A DNA stretch of 26,570 bases, from contig NW_021836006.1 of NCBI RefSeq assembly GCF_006345805.1, positions 1-26,570 on the forward strand, given 5' to 3'. Position 1 is the first letter of the stretch; every line of letters starts with the position of its first letter. A model generated the notes under the pieces. That model saw nothing but the letters and a program-made list of their open reading frames with translations, was not told the DNA's origin and did no database searches. Shown piece after piece: positions 10,274 through 20,243 of this stretch. The DNA is from Octopus sinensis (taxonomy: Eukaryota). Made by a program: the position numbers and the translations under genes.

Positions 10274-10543
10274 GTCGATGAGTGTGTGTACGTAAATCCG
10301 TATTTAAAAAAAATACACATCCTTGCTGTATGGTTCTGTAAATACAACGGATAGTCAGTGCATTCTAAGTGGCTGAGAATTGCGGGTGGCCGTTAGAGCG
10401 TGCTTTTGTACTACAAGCAGAATCTTCCACCGGTCGCCGACCCGTGATAAGCGAAACATGGTACGCAATGGAGCGTACCGTGTTATCCCAGATCAGTGAT
10501 GAATGAATCAGTGATAAAAAAATGGCTACAATATATAAAATGA

Positions 10544-10848
10544 CTAGCTGTATCGCCCGGCGTTGCTCGGGTTTGTAAGGGAAATAACTATAGAAGCATT
10601 TTTAGAGAGTTACTTCCCTTATATAATAGCCAAAAAATGCATTAAAAATGGGAAAAAATGATGGTAAATTTTTTTTTTAAATCGTAGATTCATCGTAGAT
10701 GCGCGCTAATACCCAGAAGGGCTCGATATGAATCACGACTATAAGATACCCGCTTTTGGTTAAACTGCACCGCAAAATGTGGGAGTAGTTAGGAATCTAA
10801 ATCGTAGGAGATAGACAGCACACAACCTTACTTTTATATATAAAACGA
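10544..10848 (-). mobile_element. Non-autonomous Helitron-like element
   Basis: On the minus strand: A|TC start (10848), 3' end ACAAACCCGAGCAACGCCGGGCGATACAGCTAG|T with hairpin and CTAG, no TSD. The last 34 nt differ from the copy at 3191-3583 by one base. Confidence 0.8.
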
Positions 10849-11129
10849 TATCGTTGTTTAACATGAAACACTTTGGATGGAAATAAGAAGAACGTGAGAT
10901 AATAAATATGCATTACGTTAAGATTAAGAAAACCACTGATGCGTGACGTAACCTGTATTTATTAAAGTGGGTCTCTCTGAGTCAGACAAACACAGAAAAT
11001 TCGGTTGTGATTCTCGGTCACCAAACTTTACTATGTCATTTGTAAATATGAAATTATATCAGTGGAGGTAATTAGTAATTTTATTAGTGACTCGTCAGAT
11101 TTCTCAAGAGATTCGCAAAATAAGTTTGC

Positions 11130-11495
11130 GTGGTAGTAGTGCTGGTGTTGGTGCTGGTAGTGGTGGTGGTGGTAGTGGTGGTGGTGCTGGTAGTGGTGGT
11201 GGTGCTGGTGCTGGTGCTGGTAGTGGTGGTGGTGGTAGTGGTAGTAGTGGTGGCAGTGGTAATAGTGATGGTAGAGATGATGGTGGTAGTAGTGATAGTG
11301 ATGGTAGTGGTGGTAGTGGTAGTAGTGGTGATAGTGATGATTGTGGTAGTGGTGGTAGTGGTTATGGCAGTGATGATGGTAGTGGTAATGGTGGTGGTGG
11401 TGGTGATGGTGGTGGTGATGGTAGTAGTGTGGTGTTAGTAATGACAGTGGTGGTAGTAGTGGTGGTGGTAGTAGTGGTGGTAGTGGTGGTGGTTA
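11130..11495. repeat. (GGT)n/(AGT)n/(GAT)n low-complexity tract
   Basis: Directly visible; gives the Gly/Ser and poly-Val ORFs. Confidence 0.93.
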
Positions 11496-11744
11496 CCGGT
11501 TAACCAAAGATGAAAAACAACCCCCATGACCCCTTTTTTTATTCTTTATTTTTCACGTCCTCCAAGACAGGTGTGAAGAAGAAATGAAATTATCCTCAAA
11601 CCAAGGATCAATTCTAAATGCTTGCAACACAGTGAGCTCAATTAAAGACACCCAGGCTGGTTAGGCCTACCATCCTTATAGGCCACGGTAGAATTTGATT
11701 TCAGGACGCAGATATCTGAAGGCATCTCCTTCAACCCCCTAAAC

Positions 11745-11994
11745 TAGTGGCTTTTCAACAGAGATCCATATGACACTCTGGGCGGGGTCCATATAAAATT
11801 TTGTTGCTAAAATTTATGTTCTATAGACTGGTTATACTTGTACAAAATATCCAACATATTTCAACAATTATTTAATACAGCTCCTAGTAATATTTATTTA
11901 TACAAATGTAATAGGATGTTTTTTGCACTTCAAATGGCCGTACGAGTTCAGTAGAATAAAATAGGGATCAAGAGGACCCATAAGTAAAAAAAAA
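11745..11994 (+). mobile_element. hAT (Charlie/Buster-like) MITE, right end missing
   Basis: Degenerate left TIR TAGTGGCTTTTCAAC preceded by an 8-mer with central TA (CCCTAAAC). Internal GGGGTCCATA and GGACCCATAAGTAAAAAA resemble hAT MITE subtermini. Truncated by (TG)n and a SINE tail. Confidence 0.55.
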
Positions 11995-12220
11995 TGTGTG
12001 TGTTTGTGTGTCTGTGTTTGTCTCCCCCAACATCGCTTGACAACCGATAGTGGTGTGTTTACGTCCCCGTAACTTAGCGGTTCGGCAAAAGAGAACCGAT
12101 AGAATAAGTACTAGGCTTACAAACAATAAGTCCTGGGGTCGATTTGCTCGACTAAAGGCAGTGCTCCAGCCTGGCCGCAGTCAAATGACTGAAACAAGTA
12201 AAAAAGAGTAAAAGAGTAAA
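11995..12220 (+). mobile_element. Family A SINE, 3' half only
   Basis: TGTGTCTGTGTTTGTCTCCCCCAACATCGCTTGACAACCGAT...GACTGAAACAAGTAAAA, near-identical to the 8215-8420 tail. Confidence 0.92.
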
Positions 12221-12274
12221 CTAACAAATAGTTACAATTATACTTTTGGAAGGGCAGAATCAACCAAAGAGATC

Positions 12275-12322
12275 CCTGAAGGATGAAAGACAGTCTGCCG
12301 AGGTGAGATTTGAACTCAGAAT
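12275..12322 (-). mobile_element. Short family B SINE fragment
   Basis: GAAGGATGAAAGACAG...GATTTGAACTCAGAA matches the family B reverse complement. Confidence 0.6.
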
Positions 12323-12398
<76 letters not shown>

Positions 12399-12473
12399 AT
12401 GTGTGTGTATATGTACGTATATATGAAAATGTGTGGTGTATGCATACATATGCGTATGTATGTATGTTACGTA

Positions 12474-12625
12474 CGTCGAGCTTCCGCACAGTTTCTATCA
12501 ATCAAATTCCATTAACTATTATTGCTCAACCGAAGTACTGATAAATCTCAAGTGTCTCCCAGAACGATCGAACCAGCAGCCAGGTAGTCGCAAAGACCAA
12601 CTTCCTACGCACACAGGCGTGTCAG
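12474..12625 (-). mobile_element. Old degenerate family A-related SINE 5' half
   Basis: CGAGCTTCCGCACAGTTTCTATCAATCAAATTC...CACACAG is loosely collinear with the minus-strand copy at 13525-13687. Confidence 0.45.
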
Positions 12626-13057
12626 TTGATAACAGTAATAATATCACTGCTTTTAGAACTTAACGAATAATATAATTCATTGTTATATTGTCAGTCATGT
12701 GAGAATATTTCTTTGTGCGTCTTAGTTATAAACAGAACCTGACAAGAAAGGGAAAGGTAAGAGGTATAGAAATAATGGAGGAGATGGAGAGAGAAGAGGA
12801 GACAGAATGAGAAAGAGAGAGAGGAGCTGACCTATATACATACTTCCTCTTTGTTCGCTGCTGTAGCAGTGGCCCCTGCTCCTCCGAGCGACTGATCTGG
12901 TACCATCTCCATTCAGAACAACCTCAGTTATTTTCTCTTGCCTACACTCATATTGTACCCCCACCACAGACTTCACATTAGCTACTCTATCCAATCCAAA
13001 ATTTCGTTTATGGCTCTCATGGCTTCTGATCTTAACTGATGGTAAAGATCATTATGT

Positions 13058-13160
13058 GGAGGCGCAATGGCCCAGTGGTTAGGGCACCAGTCGTTGCGTG
13101 TGTTTATTGAGCGGAAACACCTAAAGCTCCACGAGGCTCCGGGAGGGGGTGAAGGCGACT
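13058..13160 (+). mobile_element. Family C SINE 5' fragment with internal deletion
   Basis: GGAGGCGCAATGGCCCAGTGGTTAGGGCA joins directly to CCAG..CGTTG..GTGTTTATTGAGCGGAAACACCTAAAGCTCCACGAGGCTCCGG; the B-box segment is absent. Confidence 0.85.
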
Positions 13161-13194
13161 AAAGACAAAGTCGTATTACTTTTTTTTTTTTGTA

Positions 13195-13440
13195 TTTATA
13201 TTCATGTAACATCGTCCGTTTTTCTGTCATTGTTTTGTATACATTCGATCTTTTTTCCAAGAAATCTAATGCTCGAAGCTTAGTTTTTCCTTGGGGCTGG
13301 CCAGATCAGAGCAATCTCAAGATTAATCAGCCGAAATTGCGAAGATGATCCGGTTCTTGACTGAAGATTAGAGGCTTCGAATGACCCGTCCGTTTTTTGT
13401 ATCGTCTATTTGAATGTTTTGCGTTCGTGTCCCATTTTGT
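13195..13440. repeat. Unclassified interspersed repeat fragment
   Basis: Non-SSR block (...GGGGCTGGCCAGATCAGAGCAATCTCAAGATTAATCAGCCGAAATTGCG...) that I recall as an abundant octopus repeat. There is no second copy in the window and the class is not determined. Confidence 0.4.
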
Positions 13441-13484
13441 ATTTATATATATAATTTTTATACATATATATATAATTTTTATAC

Positions 13485-13524
<40 letters not shown>

Positions 13525-13687
13525 CGACGGGCTTCTTTCAGTTTCCTTTCACCAAATCCACTCACAAGGCTTTGGTCGGGCCGAGGCTATAGTAGAAGAC
13601 ACTTGCCCAGGGTGTAACGCAGTGGGACTGAACCCGGAACCATGTGGTTGGTAAGCAAGCTTCTTATCACACCACCACTCCTGCGCC
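13525..13687 (-). mobile_element. Family A SINE, 5' half
   Basis: Reverse complement reads GGCGCAGGAGTGG...TTACCAACCACATGGTTCCGGGTTCAGTCCCACTGCG...CCCTGGGCAAGTGTCTTCTACTATAGCCTCGG...GAAAGAAGCCCGTCG, then (TA)n. Confidence 0.92.
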
Positions 13688-13705
13688 TATTATTATTATT
13701 ACTAC

Positions 13706-13754
<49 letters not shown>

Positions 13755-14070
13755 GTTATTGTTATAATTATTATTATTATTATCATCATCATCATTATTA
13801 TCATTATCATTATTATCATTATTATTATTATCATTATCATTTTCCTTATTATTATTATTATTGAGTGAGAGAGCAGTGCATGCCATCAAAGTGACACTGG
13901 GGTAAAATATACGAAGCCCAGCATACCCATCATGACTACCCGTCTGATAAGGGTACACCAGTATTATTATTGTTATTATTATTATTATTATCATTATTAT
14001 TATTATTATTATTATTATCATTATTGTTATCGTTATCATTATTATTGCTATTATTACCATTATTGTTATC
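13688..14070. repeat. (ATT)n/(ATC)n microsatellites
   Basis: Directly visible; interrupted by unique sequence at 13862-13960. Confidence 0.93.
13862..13960 (-). mobile_element. Probable 3' terminus of a non-LTR retroposon with an (AAT)n tail
   Basis: A unique block of about 100 bp ending CACTGCTCTCTCACTCAATAATAAT on the minus strand. I recall it as a common octopus repeat end; family not established. Confidence 0.45.
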
Positions 14071-14291
14071 GCTAAATTTTGCGACCGACATTTGCTGTGT
14101 TGGACAAGTAAGTCTGACATACTTCGTCCACCCACTTGAGGTTTTCAGTTCAACAACAATTTCTCACGTAATTACGAAGTCGACTTGGTCCGTCATCTGA
14201 CATCATTTTCGTTATTCAGCGACACACGTATATCACCGTAGGATGCGTGCATTCATTAATTATCTCTTTCTATGTGTCTCAGACACGAAGA

Positions 14292-14638
14292 CACACACAC
14301 ACACATACATACATACATACATACATACATACACATATACATACACACACACACACATACATACATACATACATACATACATACACACATACATACATAC
14401 ATACATACATACACACATACATACATACATACATACATACGTACATAAGACATACATACATACATACACACACACACATACCTACATACATACATACGTA
14501 CATACACACATACACACATACATGCATACATACATACATACATACATACATACATACATACATACATACATACATACATACATACATACATACATACATA
14601 CATACATACATACATACATACATACATACATACATACA
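14292..14638. repeat. (CATA)n tetranucleotide microsatellite
   Basis: Directly visible; source of the HTYI/MYVC ORFs. Confidence 0.97.
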
Positions 14639-14640
14639 TG

Positions 14641-15023
14641 GTTGGCACTCCGTCGGTTACGACGACGAGGGTTCCAGTAGATCCGATCAACGGAACAGTT
14701 TGCTCGTGAAATTAACGTGCAGGTGGCTGAGTACTCCACCGACACGTGTACCCTTAACGTAGTTCTCGGGGAAGATTCGGCGTGACACAGAGAGTGACAA
14801 GGCTGACCCTTTGAAGTACAGGTACAACAAAAACAGGAAGATAGAGTGGGAGAAAGTTGTAGTGAAAGAGTACAGCAGGGCTCACCCTCACCCCCTACTG
14901 GAGTCTCATGGAGCTTTAGGTGTTTTCGCTCAATAAACACTCACAACGCCCGGTCTGGGAATCGAAACCGCGATCTTACGACCGCGAGTCCGCTGCCCTA
15001 ACCACTGGGCCACTGCGCTTCCA
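14641..15023 (-). mobile_element. Family C SINE, full length
   Basis: Reverse complement reads GGAAGCGCAGTGGCCCAGTGGTTAGGGCAGCGGACTCGCGGTCGTAAGATCGCGGTTTCGATTCCC...GTAACCGACGGAGTGCCAAC; embedded in (CATA)n on both sides. Confidence 0.94.
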
Positions 15024-15349
15024 CACACACATACTTACATACATACATACACAACACATACACACATAAAATGCATATACGCATGCATTCATGCACACAC
15101 ATACATGTGTGTGTATGTATACATGTATACATACATACATACATGCATGCATACATACATACATACATACATACATACATACATACATACATACATACAT
15201 ACCATACATACATACATACGTGGATTATTTCATGAAGCTACAACAGTCATGAGTATCGTGTCAGGGCAATTGTGAAAGAGAATAAAATTTGAAAATCTCG
15301 TATAATTCTATAAAAGAAAAAAATCCGTTTTCTCCCAGGAGCGTTAAAA

Positions 15350-15361
15350 TGTCACGTGACA
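15350..15361. promoter_or_regulatory. Perfect 12-bp palindrome containing an extended E-box (CLEAR-type GTCACGTGAC)
   Basis: The sequence TGTCACGTGACA lies in non-repetitive DNA. This is a motif match only; function is not shown. Confidence 0.25.
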
Positions 15362-15410
15362 AACGATTACGATTAATACCTGTAAAATAAACTCATAAAT
15401 ACTTACAAAA

Positions 15411-15414
<4 letters not shown>

Positions 15415-15445
<31 letters not shown>

Positions 15446-15673
15446 GTACACACCACTACACATGTATGCGTATACGTATGTATATATGTATGTATACATT
15501 TATGTGTGTATATATATATGTATACTTATATATATACTTATATATATGTGTCTGTGTGTGTATGTATGTATGTATCCACACACACACATAATATATATAG
15601 ATATATATATATATATATATATCTATATATACATACATATTATTATATATATAACATATATATATATATATCA

Positions 15674-15707
<34 letters not shown>

Positions 15708-15749
15708 CATATATATATATACATATATAATACATACATATATACATAC

Positions 15750-15784
<35 letters not shown>

Positions 15785-16107
15785 TAATATATTATATTAT
15801 ATATTATATATAATACATACATACATACAGAAGCGTATATGTATAATTATCTACATATATACGTTTCTGTATGTATGTATTATGTATGTACGTATCTGTT
15901 TGTATATTTATATATGCGTTTACTTCACTGGCAGTGAAGAAATCTAAACATCATTACAGTTACACGCAACGTTTTAATGTATTTTCCAAAAGAAATATTC
16001 TTTATAGAGATTATTAATTTTTAAATCTTAATCAGTTTGATAGAAGCTCTGGCACGAAACCCTGGATCCTAGAATCATGGATGTAGCTTCACGACAAAAG
16101 ATAAATA

Positions 16108-16140
<33 letters not shown>

Positions 16141-16342
16141 ATATATATATAACATACATATCTAAGGTCTGTGTACTTCATCCTATTTATCCGTTTGTAG
16201 AATTGTGTGTGCGTGTGAGTATGTTCACGTTTATGTGTGTAATATATATTACATGTACTCTGAATATGCATGCATGTTTCTATATTCATTTCTCTATGTT
16301 ATATGCATATATATATATATTATATATATATATATATATATA
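15415..16342. repeat. (TA)n-rich microsatellite fields (about 15415-15915 and 16085-16342)
   Basis: Directly visible, separated by a short unique spacer. Confidence 0.9.
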
Positions 16343-16530
16343 ACATAAGGGACATTAGCCATTTGAATGTGGCTAGGGACAGGGCGGGCGGTGGGGGTGT
16401 TACTGATGCATTTAGCCCCAGGCGATCATCAACGTCACCAGATAGGCTGACACCATCACGGTGCATCAGTAACACCCCTACCGCCCTGCCCTGTCCCTAG
16501 CCACATTCAAATGGCTAATGTCCCTTATGT
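16343..16530. mobile_element. Foldback/MITE-like element, 188 bp
   Basis: Arms 16343-16410 and 16462-16530 are reverse complements except one substitution (G16393/T16479) and one bulge (T16487). The spacer is 51 nt, and TA flanks both sides (16341-42, 16531-32). Confidence 0.75.
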
Positions 16531-16574
16531 TATGGAGCAGTTACTGTCTATTATCTCGTTTAGAGAATTATTAT

Positions 16575-16576
16575 TG

Positions 16577-16619
<43 letters not shown>

Positions 16620-16676
16620 ATAATTATATTATATATATATATATATATATATAACCGGATTATATATATATATAAT

Positions 16677-16725
<49 letters not shown>

Positions 16726-16782
16726 CAGACCGACAGACAGATATATAGACAGATAGACAGACAGACAGACGACAGACAGATG

Positions 16783-16848
<66 letters not shown>

Positions 16849-16861
16849 GAGACAGAGAGAC

Positions 16862-16904
<43 letters not shown>

Positions 16905-16916
16905 TAGACAGACAGG

Positions 16917-16982
<66 letters not shown>
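16575..16982. repeat. (TA)n-(GATA)n-(GACA)n-(GA)n compound microsatellite
   Basis: Directly visible. Confidence 0.96.
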
Positions 16983-17469
16983 GCCGATCAGCATCACCCA
17001 TGCATTCGAGCAACTGTCATATTCGATGTGTTTGCGGCGTAGATTATCAAAGGCTCTGTGGTCAATGTTTCGACATCGTAACCGCGTACCTACGTTTCTT
17101 CACATATCACGAAAGCTTTCCCCGGAAGCTGTTACCAGTATTCAAAAGCTCAACCAGCTCCTGCGTGTGACGACGCGGTTTCTTTACATTCACAGATTAC
17201 GAGGTAACACGATACGTCTTCAAACATTCATTTAAAATTTATTTATTCAAATTATTTATTTATGAAGCATTAACTTTTACAGATGCGTACTTCTCCGACA
17301 ACTTTACGACACAAATTCTCACGGAACGTAGTTACGTAATGTGATGTTTATCCATTGGCGTGGAAAGACGTCTAGATTTAGGATTCTCTTCAGAGTGGTC
17401 TTTTCGAGTTAATTTCACGAAATCATATACAGCTGAAATAATCCGCCCTACAGGACAGTTGCAATATTA

Positions 17470-17626
17470 TTGGGTTGTCCGGAAAGTTCGTGCCGATTTA
17501 TAGTAGCTTACCTTTCGACTTACTTTATTTAGAACATGGTTGAGTCCATAAAATAGGATTTGACTACACCTCCATTACAGCACAGTTTAAGCTATCTTTT
17601 CGTGGAAGAAGATTTATGTTCCTATA
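17470..17626. mobile_element. Mariner-like terminal fragment (one TIR)
   Basis: TA followed by TTGGGTTGTCCGGAAAGTTCGTGCCGATTT resembles mariner TIRs and the TIR at 25440. No partner TIR is seen; truncated by a microsatellite. Confidence 0.55.
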
Positions 17627-17740
17627 GATAAGGCAGATACACGCGCGCGCGCACCAAGAGACCGATGGAGTGATAGATAGAAAGACAGAGACAGGCAGAC
17701 AGGCAGAGAGACAGACAGACAGAAAGACAGACAGACAGAC

Positions 17741-17795
<55 letters not shown>

Positions 17796-17837
17796 CATAC
17801 AGACAAACAGACAGAGAGACAAACAGACAGAGACAAA
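17627..17837. repeat. (GATA)n/(GACA)n microsatellite
   Basis: Directly visible. Confidence 0.9.
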
Positions 17838-18019
17838 GATTAGCATATCCCTATTATCATTGCTATTACCGTATCAATGTTGTTTGTCTCTACATGAAAA
17901 CATGACATAAAACAATTCATCAACGACGTTATGTCTCTGTCTCGTGACAATGTCAGTCACCTTATATAGGCTGTTGCTATCGTAATACTCCTCTCCTTAT
18001 TAATATAAAAACGACGGAT

Positions 18020-18158
18020 GCTAGTGACGTGGCAGAACCGGGAGAGCGTCAGAAAAATAACACTTGTAATATTAGTGTTCCTTTCCATTCCGAGTTCAAA
18101 TCGTGCCAATGTTAACTTTGCCGATGAGGGCCTTCCAGGGATCGATAAGCTTGTACCA
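18020..18158 (+). mobile_element. Degenerate family B SINE
   Basis: GTGGCAGAACC...TTCCGAGTTCAAATCGTGCC...AACTTTGCC...GGGATCGATAAGCTTGTACC is collinear with family B. Confidence 0.6.
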
Positions 18159-18265
18159 TTTATGATTGGGTGTGGTGGTGGATTAAATCAAATGTATGGC
18201 TTGTTCCTGTGTAAGAAATCGTGAAAAAGACGACAAAGGGTGATGGATGGAAGTACTAGTGAGGT

Positions 18266-18571
18266 TTGTTTGTTCCTTCTCGAGCCATGCCTGGCTCGTA
18301 AGGGCCGGTGTCCCGGTTTCCTTGGCGTATAGGGTTCCCCCATCTGGACGGGACGCCGGTCCGTCGCAGGTGAGCTGCAAGATGCAGGAGGAAAGCATGA
18401 GAGAAAGTTGTGGCGAAAGAGTCAGCAGAAGTTTCGCCATTACCTTCTGCCGGAGCCGCGTGGAGCTTAGGTGTTTCGCTCATAAACACATACAACGCCG
18501 GTCTGAAATTCGAACCCGCGATCCCTAGACCGCGAGTCCGCTGCTCTAACCACTAGGCCATGTGCCTCCAC
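18266..18571 (-). mobile_element. Family C-headed SINE with a different 3' module, full length
   Basis: Reverse-complement head GGAGGCACATGGCCTAGTGGTTAGAGCAGCGGACTCGCGG...GGGTTCGAATTTC. Perfect 11-bp TSD ACTAGTGAGGT at 18255-18265 and 18572-18582. Confidence 0.93.
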
Positions 18572-18714
18572 ACTAGTGAGGTACTGGGATGGATATAATT
18601 GATTATATCATTCCATTAAATGATCAGATGTTTACTCGATTAGGGTCGACCTGGGTTAAGCAACAACAGTATAAACAACATTGTAAGCCTCATCGCAGTC
18701 ATTATATGATAAAT

Positions 18715-18855
18715 CAGAGTTCAAATTCAGCCGAGGTCGATTTTGCCATTTATTCTTTCGGGGTCGGTTAAATAAGTACCGGGTAGATCGATGTAATCCA
18801 CTAGCCTCAACATCCCGCCAAATTTCAGGCCCTGTGTCTATAGTAGAAAGGATTA
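18715..18855 (+). mobile_element. Family B SINE, 5'-truncated
   Basis: GAGTTCAAATTCAGCCGAGGTCGATTTTGCC...TTTCGGGGTCGG...AAATTTCAGGCCCTGTGTCTATAGTAGAAAGGATTAT. Confidence 0.85.
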
Positions 18856-18865
18856 TGGGATAGAT

Positions 18866-19080
18866 GAAAGACAGCGAGTTAGCAGAATTTTTAGAACGTT
18901 GGACAAAGTCCTTTATGGTGTTTCGTCTTCCGACTCATTACGTTCTAGGTTCAAACTTCGCCAAGGTCGCTTTTGCATTTTATCCTTTCGAGGTGGATAA
19001 GATAAGTACCAGCTGAATAATGGGGTCGACCAAATCGACTTGCTCCTTCCCTTAGAGTCGCTGCACTTGTGCCAAACATT
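18866..19080 (+). mobile_element. Family B SINE, diverged
   Basis: GCGAGTTAGCAGAAT head, TACGTTCTAGGTTCAAAC, AAGTACCAG...GGGGTCGACCAAATCGACT. Confidence 0.8.
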
Positions 19081-19129
19081 ATGCGTTGATTTTACATAGT
19101 GTTTCGGTCTACTAGAAATGGCGTCCAGA

Positions 19130-19262
19130 TATCTCTCAAATCGTACCCTTCTGTCATAAAACAAATAATGAGTAAGAATACATTAAGTAATGCAGTCCTA
19201 TATATAACTGCCTGAAGCAAGATGGGGTGGTCACGGCTGGAGTGCTTTTGATCATAAGTTTG
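19130..19262 (+). repeat. Unclassified interspersed repeat (family D), copy 1
   Basis: Shares TGGTCACGGCTGGA (19228-19241) and looser flanking similarity with an inverted copy at 20884-20970. Confidence 0.55.
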
Positions 19263-19687
19263 CAGGGCAGAACTCACTTGGAGGATAAATAATAACATTA
19301 GGAAAGTAAGAGGTGAGTGTAGATAGAGTGATTAGGCAGTGTTTATTTAGTATGGGATTAGCAGGGAGCGAAACACACTACGAGGAATAGTGGATGGTGG
19401 GGTGGGAAGTCGGGAACATCAAGTAAACCAAGGTGGACGTAGAAGTTATATGGTAGACTGTAACATATGTAATATAGTGAGTTGAAAAAACAACTTCAGC
19501 TGTAATAATCCAAGTAATTAGTAGACAAAAAACTCTTGGGATGTTTTAAATTTTAATGCCTCAAGCAAGGGAGATAACTTCATTAATATCAGTTGACTGA
19601 AGTCTTTGGGAAGCGAAACAAATTGTTAGAGAGATAGAAGAGATACAGGGAAGAAACATTGTCAGTAAGGCAGTGGTTGTGTTGGAG

Positions 19688-20082
19688 AGTGAGTGAGTGG
19701 GTGAAAGAGTGAGTGAGTGAAAGAGAGAGAGAAAGTGAGTGAATAAATGTATATATGAGTGAGTGAGAAAAAGAGTGTAACTGAGTAAGTGAGAGTGAAT
19801 GTTAGTGAAAAAGTGAGGGAGTGAGTGAGTAAGAAAGAGAGAGGGCGTGAGTAAAAGTGAGTGAAAGAGTGAGTGAGAGTGTTTGAATGAATGAGTGAGA
19901 GAGAGAGATAGTGAATGCGAGAGTGTGAGTGAGTGAGTGAATGAGTAAGAAAGAGGACGTGAGTAAAAGTGAGTGAAAGAGTGAGTGAGAGTGAATGAAT
20001 GAGTGAGAGGGAGAGAGTGAATGTGTGAGTGTGAGTGAGCGAGTGAGTGAGTCAGTGAGTGGGAGAGTGAGTGAGTGAGTAT
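19688..20082. repeat. (GAGT)n-like degenerate tetranucleotide array
   Basis: Directly visible; contains an internal duplication with 112-bp spacing. Confidence 0.92.
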
Positions 20083-20243
20083 TCACCAATTATTGAGGTC
20101 GCTTCTTGCTCTTAGTTTCGGGTTATTCCTTGCGCAACACCGAAGTAAATATGCAAGTAAGCCCCATGGTTTTGTTTGTCCTTGCATTGGGAATAAGCAT
20201 ATCGCTTTCAAAGCCCTTACCCATGTGTGGTGGTTGTTGTAGT

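Noticed and set aside
10012-10281. 89-aa plus-strand ORF MHPTSF... and apparent splice sites at 9942 and 10076
   Set aside because: It is antisense to the recognisable Tigger-like HTH relic, which explains the sequence better.
10390-10510. Hammerhead or HDV-like ribozyme (GAAAC-stem-GTT, TGATGA, TTCCACC)
   Set aside because: The core fragments are present but stems I and II (hammerhead) and P2 (HDV) cannot be paired in any topology I tried.
11087-11503. 138-aa Gly/Ser-rich ORF resembling a structural protein
   Set aside because: It lies almost wholly in a (GGT)/(AGT)/(GAT) tract, has a non-ATG start and an overlapping poly-Val frame, and has no supported splice context.
13355-13385. CTGAAGA...CGAA as a Penelope-type hammerhead
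   Set aside because: There is no GAAA and no convincing stem II or III.
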